Assembly: GCA_965637545.1 (NCBI GenBank)
Contig: OZ281498.1
Coordinates: 10,726,001-10,790,000, forward strand
Direction of reading: 5' to 3'
Source of the DNA: Phallusia mammillata
Taxonomy: Eukaryota
DNA length: 64,000 nt
Each line of letters opens with the position of its first letter. Position 1 is the stretch's first letter. This document shows positions 11,179 through 23,857 of this stretch, in pieces. The notes beneath the pieces are model-generated. The model saw nothing but the letters and a program-made list of their open reading frames with translations. It searched no databases and was not told where the DNA came from. A program made the translations under genes and the position numbers.

Positions 11179-13604
11179 TGTTCTGCTTGCACTCGAACAA
11201 TTGTGGTAAGTGAGAAATTCTTTCACGATTACAGACAGAACAAGAGTTCTGCCCAGTGCGTTTTCGCAAAAAAAAGTTCTGCCCCAGTGCCTTTTGCATG
11301 GGTAAGCGTTTACCACACATTATACATTGCGATCAGTCTGTTGAAAGTAGTTAGGAAATGGTAGCGAACTGCAAAGGTTCGTTTAAAGCATAAATCTTTT
11401 TACCCAAATCAATTAAACCTAATTTGTAGAAAGTGAGTACATTTTTAATGGGAGTGTTTGTGAAACGCATATATTTAAGCGATTCCAGTGATTTACATAA
11501 CACAAGCATTTTTAGTAAAAAAATTTATCTATTTTTGGATTGTTGTTGTCAACAGAAACTGGAACAGATTAAATGGTGAAGATGAAATTACTTTGTTTAA
11601 AACCAATATTTTTTGCATTTATTTTGACCACTTTAATCCGTGTTGAATGTCAGCAAATTTGTAGAAATGGTGAGTAACATTTATTCTTGCAAACTTATAC
11701 GGTTATTGTTTTAAAAAATAATTATTTGATTTGTTTTTGAATAATATTTCCATTTAAAAAATAATTGCTTTCGTTTTAGAAACGAAGGAGTTATACAACT
11801 CGACGATCGCTTCGTTATCAATGCAGTTTGATGCAAGTTCCTCATTAAATGACACAAGTCAGCTTCTTCTAAAGGTTTCGTGGGTCATCGAAAACACAGG
11901 TAATCACAATATTGAATGTAGGTATATTTATGGTACACAAAGATAAAATTGTTTTTAGAGATTATACTTTGATTATTATTTCAAAATTGACAGAAACAAA
12001 ATATTGTTGGTTTACATTTACTCATATATTCTTGCAGATGGAATTGATGGATTTTTGTTGAAAGTTTCTTCAACCAGCGGCAGCAGTCTCCCTCCGTTGC
12101 AACCGCTACAACCTTGCGTGCCACAGTAAGTTTGCGGTCTCAACTACCCAGTAAATACCGTAACGTCAGCTTTTCAGCCAAACCGCAGTAACATAAAACG
12201 ATTGGAGTCAACAACAATGCGTTTACAATTACTCGAATTTCTTCTTGTTTGCTGTGTATTGTGGGGTTAAATAACCTCAAATTTGTTGTGCAGTTTATAT
12301 GGTTAAAATTAAATTATTAATCTTTGTTGTATATTATTGCATACATTGCGTTTGGTATAGATTCGAACCAATTTATGAATGTTTAAGTTATAAATGTTTG
12401 TGCGTTTGTCAGAAAATTAGTTTTAGTTTTTATGGCGTTATAGTGACTTTCAACAGGTAAAATTATAAACGGAAACATACTTTCAAAACAAAACAATTTT
12501 ATTTTAGCATTTTATGTCCTTGTTTACAATTCATTTGTAATTTAAGATGTATAAATCATTAGCCAAATATAATTTTGACTTTCTGTTTAACAGAGAACCC
12601 CATATTTGGATTGGAGGACCAGAATGTGTTAAATTGCCCGCGAATCCGCCATGCTCTAGTAGTGGTGTTCAGAGTAGAGGTCCCAGGTCATCATGTTACT
12701 GCGACTCATCATGCTCAGTTTACCAACAAGTTTTTTCAGCTACTTGCAATGGAACTTCTGAATTGATCGAGAACCAAATGTTCACTCCATACAGCAAAGT
12801 AAATGTTTAACTTGATACATGTTTAATTATGTTGATGTTCGTTTTGTGATGCATATTTTTTTGCTTTATTCTTGCAAAAATGATTAAACGGCTTTCTTTA
12901 CTTTTAAGTATATTCGATCTGCAACATTTCTCGTGGATTTTCAGCAAACTTATCAAGCAGAACTTTACGTCTATTACAGGTGCAGTGTAAAATAGAAATC
13001 GCTGAAATTTCAGCACAACACCATTTTTGTCTTTAAATGTATAGGAACAAACTTGTTGAAACAGGTTTTAAGAATTTATTTTGGAGAAAATGTTTGGTGA
13101 TGTACTTCTGTAAAGCTGAATTTATTTTTATGTCATGTTGTGCAGAAAATTTGTTGGGAGTCAATTTGGATTTGCAAACAACACTGACAACGTAGACTGC
13201 ACAGCATCTATTACTCGTGCAAGAACCCGAAGATCAATATCACCTTCACCTTGCTGTGGTGAAAAAAATTAAATCTACCAATTCAATCGCTGGTTTCAGT
13301 TTTTTTGGGCAAGGAGTAAGTTTTTATGTTGCTCAAAAATTATTCTTTTCAAATCCTTACTTCCAACTTTTTTCCAGCCAATCGAAAGGACAGAAATTTC
13401 GGTTTCTCTTTCCGAACTTGAAAGTCCTTGTTACAACACTATAAACGGCCACCAGGTGGCACTAAGCGGATTGTTACCGGGACATAACTATACTTATACG
13501 GTTACGTCACAGTACGACAATGTGACGTCACAATCGTATTGCTCCTCTGGTGATTGTGAAGTGACCAGAGTTGTCAGGATTTCAAGTAAGTTGTTAGTTT
13601 AGGA

Positions 13605-13805
13605 CAGCTGTTCCCAACCTGTGGGTCGCGACCCCAACTGGGGTCCCACCCTCAAAAAAAAAACTCATGGACCACTTTAATGTGAGAAAAAATAGAGTAA
13701 ACTTTAATTCAGACTTTTAAAACCTACTAATTTTATCCTTGTGTTCACTGCAACTTGGCAAATGTTAGCAATAGGTCACGGCACCAGAAAGGTTGGGAAA
13801 CGCTG
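13605..13805. mobile_element. hAT-type MITE 1 in a gene B intron
   Basis: Termini CAGCTGTTCCCAACCT and AGGTTGGGAAACGCTG; 8-bp flanks GTTTAGGA/CTTTAGGA. Confidence 0.85.
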
Positions 13806-13813
13806 CTTTAGGA

Positions 13814-14401
13814 CAGTGGTTCTCAAACGTTTTTGACCGCGACCCAAATCTGAGTATTATGAACATCTCACGACCCAAGCCTCAAACATAAAAAAATGTA
13901 ACAATTTCGAGGCCACGTCGTGGCCGCACTGGAGTCTGCCCATGTCAAAATGGCTGCAGGTTTAACGAGTTCGATTCGACAATACTACATAACACAACAA
14001 ACATTGTGGCTTTGCAGCACCATGATCATTGATAGAAGTGAATCCCAAATCTAAAAAAGGTTCCTTGTACGAATACTTACTAATCCTTAAACGGTAACTG
14101 TTACATCTCCACGTTCAGTTTCGCATGATTAACTTTTATTCCCCGTGCTATGACGTAACAATCGCCATGTGCGTAACAGTACAATTTGAAGGCTACTGTC
14201 GGTATTTTGCAATGATTAGTTCGTTTTACTGTACAACGTGGTCGAGTGAGTGGACTTTACTACTACTACATTAAGTAAATTCGTTTGTTTTTACTTAATG
14301 CAGTAATAGTTTGTTTGGGTAGAATTGAACCATAGCGCGACCCATTTTTTAAACCTGCGCGACCCACGTTTGGGTCGCGACCCATACTTTGAGAACCACT
14401 G
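13814..14401. mobile_element. hAT-type MITE 2, directly adjacent to MITE 1
   Basis: Termini CAGTGGTTCTCAAA and TTTGAGAACCACTG; perfect 8-bp TSD CTTTAGGA at 13806-13813 and 14402-14409. Confidence 0.92.
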
Positions 14402-15744
14402 CTTTAGGACAACGTTTAAATCTAAAAACAAACTGTTCATGGTATAGTCGTTTGTTTCCGTCTGTTTAGAAACTGTAGTTTAAAATATTTCATGTCATAA
14501 ACAGTGTGACAATGCATAAGGGCAACCATGTTTTCTCAGATTTGAGTTGATGTAATTCGTACTTCAACGCTTGCGACAATACAGTTTGTGTCCAAAGAGG
14601 AAACCAATATTTGTGTGAATGCAGGACGGGATACATAGCTTCAAACACAATAGGTAAAATTAAATTCAAATCACAGCCACCCATAAATAACTTTACGCTC
14701 AATTACACTGTATGCTTAGGTTCTCCGATTTGCAACGACATCAACTATTGCGAAGAAACTCGTACAAACTGCGCTGCCGAAGCAATATGTAAAGATTATC
14801 CCGCACCGGACCTGGGAGCATCTTGTACTTGCCCACAGGATTACACGGGAGACGGGTAAGTAAACTTAAAATAGCTTTGCGATTTGCTTAACTTTGTTTT
14901 AAGTTTCGCAAAGCATTTTGAGCTGTACTGTTCCACGCTGAATAATCAAAAGACCTAGTTAAGGAACGGTTGACATCACATCAAATGAAAGCAAAAAAAC
15001 ATATAAAATATATTTTTCCAACTGAAACTCTTTCATTTGCAGATTAACTTATGGAACTGGATGCAGCAGTGCAAATGGTTTAATTGCTTCTGTACATCTT
15101 GTTGTTTTCTTGATTACATTCTTGTGGTCTTTGTAAAAGTCTAATAACATTCTTAAGCTTGTAACTAACACCGCCTGTTCATATGATGTAAATTATGCAA
15201 GTGTATGTAAACGTAAAACTGACATAGTTCAATCACGAAAAGTTTAATGTGACTGAAATGAAATATGTACCGACACTTAAAATTCACAATGGTATGCCAA
15301 ACAATTTCGTTTGCACAAGTTACACTTGACTTTTTTGAAACTTTATGCAGGCGATGCATGATAATTGCAGGTACACCGTATGCCAATAGAGTGTGTGATT
15401 TTTCTTGCATATTTGTAACAGTAATTGTGTTTTGGAATCAGAAAATGTGAATGTATGTCTGATTATCCTCTTTGTGACAATAAACATTGTGTTATCATTA
15501 GCATCAAGTTGTTTTAGAACTAAAATATGCATGTTTTATGGTGGAATATATATCTATGTACTTTCCCCATTTTTTTAATTCCAGTTGATCAACCTCTGTA
15601 TATTACCTATGTAATAAACACGACAACGTTATCATTTTTCGATCTGTGTGTTGCGGTAAGACTCAATATTTTTTGGTTCTTACTGAGCCTGTAGTTACGG
15701 TGAGTAATTTTTTTCCATTAGTTTTTGATCATTATAAAATGAAA

Positions 15745-16107
15745 CAACCCAACCATCGCATCGCTATCAATGCAGTTTGATGCAAGTTCCCTATTAAATG
15801 ACACAAGTTAGCTTCTTCTAAGGTTTTGTGGGTCATAAAAAACGCAGGTAAGTTATTTACAATGTAAAATATGTTTCATCTTAACCTCTTGTAGCATTCA
15901 ATTGTTGCATGAAAAGTAAATCAAACAGATGATATACCAAACACGTTTTGTGCTTTCGGATTACATAAATGGCTCAAGGTTGCATGTAAAGATGACAAAA
16001 TTAATACATTGGTTTGCAAAAGAAATTAATGGAATTTTGTTGAAAGTTTCTTCAACCAGCGACAGCAGTCTCCCTCCGTTGCAACCGATACAACCTTGCG
16101 TGCCACA
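15745..16107 (+). pseudogene. Gene C remnant: exons 2-3 of the Fn3-EGF family
   Basis: Matches gene A exons 2 and 3 with the same CAG>TAG stop as the remnant at 10890; no downstream exons follow. Confidence 0.75.
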
Positions 16108-16419
16108 GTAAGTTTACCGGCTCAACCAGTGGTGGTATAGGGCCGGTCTTCACAGGCAGGTTTGCCTCGAGGGAAGTGATGGAAATAGTTGGCAGCACAC
16201 CAAACAAACACAAACAACCTGATTTGTCAGATAGATTCGGCCGCACAGACTGCATGCCTTTCCGCTCAAGCTGCTTAATTAACTTTATCTGCTGTTATAA
16301 CGGGCTGTCAATACCCAATACAAACTTCCATTTATATTATTAAAAAGTAAAAGCAATAAAAGACGAGCAGATATACATTCGCATCACAACCCCAACTCAA
16401 CTCTAACTCTAACAGCCGG

Positions 16420-19400
16420 CTTCCAAACGTCGTGGGGTCATCTCTTCGACAATTCGTTATCGCGATGCAACATACATTTGCATTTATGAAGTCAGAGGAA
16501 CGTAAAGCAATGAATTCAGCTTACTGTAGTATAAACGTGTGTGTCAATAGCTGTAACAAATATAAGCGGTCTATAGCATAACGTTGCATTTAATCCTTTC
16601 GTAATTCATCCAGCGTGTAAAAAATTGTTTTTAATCAACGTCAATTTATGTTTATGTAACTGTTATAGAATAAGAACAAATTGAACAATTGAATGAGTTA
16701 AGTTAAAGTTATTCAGATAAAAGCAAGAATAAATTTGAATTTAGCAAACAAGGAGCAAACCAAATGGTGCAAAAACAAATCAAGTAGGCAGTAACTGATC
16801 TGTGAACTTGATGGAACATAAGTTTTTTTGAACGTAATTACAAACTTGCATAACATTTTCGCATTTTATGAGCTCTATTCACGCCAAATTAGCCACATTA
16901 TGTAACGAATTGATCTTTGCAAATTAGCCTTAGGTAAGTGCGCTTTCGTCAAACAGTCCGCATTAAAAAGTAAAAGTTTATCGGAGGTTTTTAACGAGCT
17001 TCGCACGCAATCAGGAGAAAAAGTTCGCACTTACTCTTGCGAGCAAATGTCATTCTCTTTGAAATATTTTTTATCTCTGAGAGTTTTGCAAATTTAAAAA
17101 GAATTTTATCGTCACGGTGACAGGTGGATTCGGTATAAGGCCTTCAATAAGCCTGCTGTTTTAAGATTTATATATGGGTGCGCTCTGATCGTTGGTCTGC
17201 ATGAACGCTTCAGAGCTGATCCCAGTTATGAATTTAAGTACATCTTAATTATTATTACTCACCCTTTTTGTAGTGAACACAAAAAGGTGTTTATTTCAAT
17301 AGGTGGCGCGCGGTAGACGTGCAGCACTAAATGATGACCTAACTGTGCAAGAAAAGTTCGACTTTTACCAAGAAGAAAATAAAGTCTAGAAGTAGCAACA
17401 AGATTTTGCAAACTCGTAATAGTAATGTTACAAAATGTCTTTGCAAAATAAAACATGATACAGGTCTTGTACATCCAGTTGTGTGGTTAAGAAGATTTTT
17501 GAGCAACAATAAATTGTAGGTCCTTGATTAGAGATTAAAGATAAGGCAAGATTTGATCATAAACATTACTGCCAGGGTACTAGTGTATATAGAATACATC
17601 GTTAAAAAGCCTCAGTGCTTTATATACAGTGTTCTACAGCTTGACGATGTACTTTATATACACCAGTACTCTGGCAGTAATGTTTATGATCAAATTATTT
17701 TTCATGTCCGTGTATAGTGTTCCTAAGGCAAGATTACTGACATTTACAGCATAACAAAGTGCTAGACAAGCGGAATTAAAACGATTTATTTATAAAGCCA
17801 AACAACTGTCTGGTGCAAAAACGCTGCCGATTGTATAACTTTTACGCTCAGCTTGTTGTAATTGCAAAACTTTAGATCAAGGGTCAGCAACCTTATCATG
17901 TTTGTGACACACCAAACGATTTGCAAAATTATGTTCCTCTTGGTACAAAATGCACAGTTCTAAATATTTTTAGGGCAAAAACCCCGTTATGAGAAATAAA
18001 ATCAACAGAAGGGATGCAACTTGGTGCCGTACAACAATAAAACAATGAGTAACGCAAACTTAAAGATAAAAGCAATTGTGAATATGTTCACCTATGTTTG
18101 ATAAAAATCAAGAAAATGCATTGCGGGTTTCCAGCAGGTATGATGTAAGTCCAAGTACAGGATAGTCGTGGGGCCACGTTTCTTTGACAATTCGTTACCG
18201 TGATGCAAATTACAATTGCATTTATGACGTTAGAGGACCGCAAATCGTCCAGCGTACAATCGTTAAATCAACGTCAATTTCGACGGCACAAATTAAACAA
18301 TTGAATGAATTAAGAAAAATTTATTCAAAATAAAGCAGGAATTATTTTCAATTTAATAACAATAAGGACCAAAGCAAATGGTACAAAAACAAAGCAAGTA
18401 ACCAGGTGTAATCGAAACGAAACGAAATTTCGTTTTTTAAAACGAAAGTGAAAACGAAATGAAAAAACTCCATACAAAAACATAGGCTGAATATGCCCTG
18501 ATGGCACCTGTTGCTTTTTGCACGTAATTACATACTTGCGTAACACGTTCACAGTTGTAAGAGCTTTGATCACGCCACATAACTCACATTATGTAACGAG
18601 TTGATGATTTAAGTGCAAACATGCATACTTGACAGTAGCCTTAGGCAACAGCGTTATCGTCGAACGCTTCTAGTCTAAAAGTGTACACTTGTTTATCGTA
18701 GGTATTCAACTGAGCTTCGCACGTAATCAGGAGAAAAAGTTTGCACTTAACTCCCGCGAGTAAATGTCATTCTCTTTAAAATATTTACTGGCGGTTGATT
18801 TCTCAATAGCACGGTTTCCACTTCCGAGAGTTTTGCAAGGCTTAAAAGGGGTTTTAACCTTGTTTTGCGCTAAAACGTTCACCAAGCCAAAAATAGCTGC
18901 GCAACGTTCAGATGTTACAAGCGCATCAAAGTTGACGGCGCAATTGGTGGATAGGTAGTAGAATCGCTGCAGCTTTAACGTTACTACAAGCGTTACAACC
19001 TTGGTTAACAAACTTTTATAACTCTGTGATGGAACACAATTAGCTGTTTTAAAAAAACTGCATTACCTAACTAATAAATCACAGTACGCCAGGCCCATTG
19101 AAGGCGCTATACCGAATCAGCCGGTCACCAAGCATTCACCACCATATGGCAAGGCGTAGGCTAGATTTTTCTGGCGTACTGTGATTTATGTATGAGTGTG
19201 CCGTGATCGCTGGTCTGCATAGACGCTTCAGGGCTGATCCCAGTTTGTTCATCTTACCTAACTAACAATGTAATCCTCAAAGTAACAGCCTGATCACGCC
19301 TTCCATAAGCCTGTTGTTTTATGATTTATATACATATGGGTGTGCCGAGTTCGTTGGTGCTGCATGAACGTTTAGGCTGATTCTAGCTATGATCATATGT

Positions 19401-20560
19401 TCATCTTAACTAATTCTGGTCAATCCGGCGATTCTCTACTTCCAAGCTGACATTTTCACCACACAAGGCAGGTAACGATACTTGTGATTTAACTTCCGAC
19501 AGGATTCTTTAATGAGCGTGTGTATAGTTCTGCTGGTAGAGCGCAAAAACCGAAAAGACTCCTGTCTTGGTTTCGATTCCCGCCGCAGGCTAGATTTTTC
19601 AGGCCCATACGCTTGATGCCATATTGGAATTCTTTGTGACCGGCTGATTCGGTATAACGCCTTTAATAGGTCTATGGAACTATGAATGACATACGTGAGT
19701 GTGCCTTGATCTCTAGTCTTCGTACACGCTTGAGGCCTGATATCCCCGTTATGAATTGATGTACATCTTAATTATTTTTATATACCTTTTTATGTTGTGA
19801 ACACAAAATGTGTTTATTTCATTATAGATGTCGCGCGGCAGACGTGCAGCATTAGATGATGACGTAGCAGTGCTGGAAAACGTCAACTTTGATCAGAGAG
19901 GAAAATGAAGTCATGAAGTAGCAACAAGATTTTACAAACCTTTAATAATCATGTCACACAATTTCTTTGCAAAATAAAACAAAATACAGGTCTTGTACAT
20001 CCAGTAGTGTGGTGTAGAGGATTTTTGATCAAAAATAAATTGTAGTTTTATTCAAGATAAAGGGAAAGATTAATATGATAAAACTGATATACAGCATGAC
20101 AAAATACTGGAAAAAGCGGAAATAAAACAACTCTTTTATGAAGGGAAACAAGCGTCTCGTGAAAAACCTTGCAACAAAGCAAATGCTGCTGATCATATGA
20201 TTTACATGCTCGGCTCGTTGTAATTGCAAAACCGAGGTAAGAAGGCGTCAACCCTGCCATTTTTGTGACACGCCAAACAATTTGCTAAACTATGTTCAAC
20301 TAGGTTCCAATTTCAGGGTTCTAAATATTCTGAGCAAAAAATGCAAGTCAGTATTTGAGTGTAAAACATCGCAACGTTTCGACTTTTGTCATCGTCCGTG
20401 AAATAAAGCCAACGGAAGTGATGTAACGTGGTGCCGAGCAACATTAAAAAATGGCGAAGTGAGGTCAAAGACAAAGGCAATTAAGCGGAAATGTTCATCT
20501 TTTATTACATTGCTGGTTTGCACTGCTTATGATGTAAGTTCAAGTACAGGCTCGATTATA
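16420..20560. repeat. Two diverged tandem copies of a ~1.75-2.4-kb intergenic unit (starts ~16430 and ~18165)
   Basis: Shared blocks such as GTCGTGGG..CACG..GACAATTCGTTA.CG.GATGCAA and TTCGCACG.AATCAGGAGAAAAAGTT.GCACTTA. The same pair recurs at ~30950/32790 and ~48165/50005. Confidence 0.75.
19514..19775 (+). mobile_element. Putative tRNA-derived SINE
   Basis: A-box-like TAGTTCTGCTGG (19524-19535), B-box-like GTTTCGATTCC (19570-19580), and a body ending CATCTTAATTATT. 5'-truncated matches to the body at ~17113, 19190, 19290, 31906 and 49123. Confidence 0.6.
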
Positions 20561-21510
20561 TCTCTATTTTTATTGATATTTAAATCAGCTGGCACAATTA
20601 ACAACAACTAAACAAGTTGAGATTTCAAGTCGCTGGTTTAGACATTTGCTTTGACCATCTCAAATTCCCTTCTTAAAGCATTATCGTTTCAGTCACCCCC
20701 TTTTTCAAAAAAATGTTGTAATTTTGAAATTCTAGTGGGGGTCAAGTGCCTCTTGCCAATACGTGCCGGCGCCCATGATCGTTCCGGCGCCCATGAACTG
20801 CATGTTTTTTAAAGTCAAATCATTACTGGGAAAGAGACTACAACACTAGCTAGATTTTTTAACTGACTTGAGAATCAATTCCAAATGCCGAGTTAATTTC
20901 TGTCTTTGTCATGTGCGCGTTTTAATTAGGCCTATACTGTATAGGCTATACAGCGTTTAACCCTCCTTTTGCATAGCGGTCAGTCCTCAAGCACAAAATA
21001 TTAAGCAGAGACCTCTAAACTTTTTTGAGTCCTCTTTTGGAACAGGATGAACTTTGCTGCGTACCGTACGTATAGCAATTTTTTCCAGTAACTACAGTTA
21101 CTTAGCTAGGTAAATTTATTTAAAAACATGTACGGATACAAAGTCCGGCCCGAATCAAGCCCTTAACAAAGTGTTTGTGACTTGGTTCAAATGTTTGCGT
21201 TTCTCAATGCGAGCACTTTTATAGTATATCCAGTTTTCTTATACAGCTGCATAAAATTGAAATCGCACAAGTTAACACAATTATATCGCGTTAGTGTTTT
21301 ATTGTTAATGAAATGTACATAAATCGAAAACACTTAGGACGTTTCTGAAAATCAGATGTTGATCTTTACTTCTTCCCATTATAGGTTCTGAAAACATATA
21401 GATTTTATTTACCTGTGGCGATGGTAAGGTTAAACCGATATAACATATGTTTCACAACATTGATTTGGATCACTGAAAAAATACAGACAACTAATATTTC
21501 CCTGTTGTAC

Positions 21511-22911
21511 TTACGTGGTTTTCAAGACACGAATGCGGTAAACTTGATTTGCCCATGATCCTCCTTCACCGTCATGTCCACAGTTAGTGCTAGCTCCATA
21601 TTTGTTGTAAGTCAGATCGGCGTCAGGTGCTCCAGCGCACCAACCACCGTGTTGCAGTGCAAAGACTTCATATCCTCGCGCATGCGCAGCTTGAATACAT
21701 TTGGCGATGGCGTCGCGGCGTGAGCCGTAACTTCCGTCCAGGACTGGGTCGAGTCCCTCAAGTGTCGTAATGGCACGATTTGATGTGTCTCTCCAACACC
21801 CGAGATTGTCAAGAACAACTGAAAACAAAAATATGTTGTTCGTTTATTCAATTTCATGAAAACATTTCTTATTATGACATAATAGGTTGAACGATTTTTT
21901 GTCGTTGAAATATTTTTGTGTTTTCACCCATAGCTTCTCACCTTCGGAAATAGAGGCGATTTCGTAAACCTGATTGGCCCAACTACCCCCTTCACCGTCA
22001 GACCCACATCCGCTGCTTCCCCCATATTTACGGTAAGTATCACGGGCTGTGGATGAACTGGCGCACCAACCTCCGTGCTAAAAGAAAGAAATAGCAAAAA
22101 TTATCGGAAAATAATTCTATTTAACATATAAACTGATAACATATATTTGAAAACATTCTGCTACAGAGCTCGAATTGACCATGATATTTAGGTTTCAGTT
22201 TTATGTCTAGTGTTGTTGATGATGACACATTTGTTTTTCAACAACTGTCGCGTTATTAGGAAAATTCTTGTAGCAATCCTTAATTTTGCTTGACAGTTTA
22301 ACGAATAAAAATGTTTTGATATAAAAGGATGAAGCCAACAAATGATAAGTAAGCTGTCGACAGTGTACAGCGTGTCGACCTAAAGGGTTTCATCAGTGCA
22401 GCTGGTGACAAGAGATAAGCCGTATTGGCTTGTGTTGCCATCTAACGGTACAGCAGTTTGTTTTGAGTATCATATTTTCATCAAAAAATCGTGTTTTTGC
22501 GTTACCTGAAGAGCAAATACGTCATCGCCATGGTTGTGAGCGACTCTGGCGCATTTTGCAATCGCGTTGGATCTTGAACCGTAGCTGCCATCAAGAATAG
22601 CATCTCCTTCTCTCGTAGGAATTGCTCTGGTCCCGGTGTCTTCCCAACATCCGAGATTGTTGTAAGTAACTACATCAAAAAATTGCATAGTTATGAATCC
22701 AATACTTTAAATTAGTCAACAGCTTGTTGATTATAAAGATATGTTTACTCGCATTGTGAGTTGAATATGCATCAACCTATTTTAACAATTTGTACGGATG
22801 TAACTACTTTGCACTTTTGGTTGTTACACCATTTAATTTACCTGGGTAATAAATCACTGCGCTTGCAGCCCCAATGAAAACATACGCGATTGTCAAACTG
22901 AATATCTTCAT
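21511..22911 (-). CDS. W1: secreted protein with two WSC-like domains, 225 aa, intact
   Basis: Coding exons 22911-22842, 22669-22506, 22077-21942, 21818-21511 (678 nt, GT-AG, in phase). Signal peptide MKIFSLTIAYVFIGAASA; two repeats of GCWxD..RAI...EG...LDGSY..R..AIAKC..FALQHGGWC..Y.KYG....C..DGEGGSWANQVY. Confidence 0.88.
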
Positions 22912-23139
22912 CGTAACTGAAACAAAATAAAGATGTATGAATAAACCAACTTTGATTTTTAAATAACAAAATCATATTTAATACCGTTGAAATCGTATGC
23001 TGTTGCATTTCGGTCTAAGTGCTGACATTAAATATTACTTTGTTGAAATGCAGTAATAATTAGATTTATTGTAGAAAAATGTTACCTTTTGTAGACAGTC
23101 GACTTGTGACGGTTTCTCAAAGTAAAGTTGTTGTTGATG

Positions 23140-23311
23140 AGTCGATGAAACTGATGATTTTGCTCAACAAACCTCCACTCTTTTATATCAGTAACTTGGT
23201 AATTTCCGTCGGTTCTCCAGGCACCTTTTCTTGCTTGTAATGCAGTGGTTATTGACTCACTCGCCTGGTCGAGTTGTTTACGCTCAGATATATTTTCCTC
23301 CGGCAATTCCC
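23140..23311 (-). promoter_or_regulatory. Core promoter of W1: TATA box, Inr-like TCAGT, AP-1 and kB-like motifs
   Basis: TATAAAA on - at 23187-23181, TGAGTCA on - near 23253-23259, GGGAATTGCC on - at 23311-23302. A non-coding first exon ends at a GT donor near 23084. The layout is conserved in all five paralogs, but the exact AP-1 heptamer occurs only in W1-W3. Confidence 0.55.
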
Positions 23312-23857
23312 TGTTGTTTTTCGATGCAAAGTGAAAATTGTAAGTACTTCGAAAATCTTGACGAAAACCGGTCCTGGATAAACACAGTCGAAATCACCCT
23401 GGTGGTGTTTTTGCCAGTTTCGAAAAAACAAAAAGACGAGTTTCGGAAATCTCTGCCTTTGCTCGAAACCAAGCTGTAGTTTTCCACCTTGTCAAGCTAA
23501 TTGCATGTGCGACGAAATCTTCATCATATCTTTATATTGCTGTTTCAACATGTAGCAGCTTATAAATCAATTTGCAATGGAAAACTATTGTAATGTAAAG
23601 GTATGCTGTTCTGCTTAAAGTACAATGTTACATGATCAACGAAACTTTGCAAAACGCACTTGATAAATATCATTTAAATATTTGACTGTGATGCAAAGTT
23701 TCCTAAAGACGCCAAAAATATTATGTCTATTTGTAAGTCCTGCTTTGTAAATATGTGGTAATGGGTTTGAAAGCACACGACAGGAACATATAGGGTAATT
23801 TTTTTAAATGTGCTATTCTGTAAATGTGTGACAATGGGTTCGAAAGCACAACACAGG

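Larger units (their letters stand above)
11573..15136 (+). pseudogene. Gene B: disrupted paralog of the Fn3-EGF-GPI gene
   Basis: Recognisable signal-peptide, Fn3, EGF and GPI exons. Most of the exon equivalent to 8907-9088 is missing (near 13259-13315, frame not restorable as written), and there is an in-frame TGA at 14548-14550 at the start of the first EGF exon. Confidence 0.75.

Noticed and set aside
18325-18573. Hydrophobic minus-strand ORF ending LVLIVIKLKIIPALF (also 32969 and 50186)
   Set aside because: The homologous block in the sister unit (~16690-16800) has stops and a frameshift; hydrophobicity follows from T-rich composition.
19514-19590. Functional tRNA gene
   Set aside because: A- and B-box-like motifs are present but I cannot fold a cloverleaf, and the sequence continues into a repeated body, which fits a SINE head.
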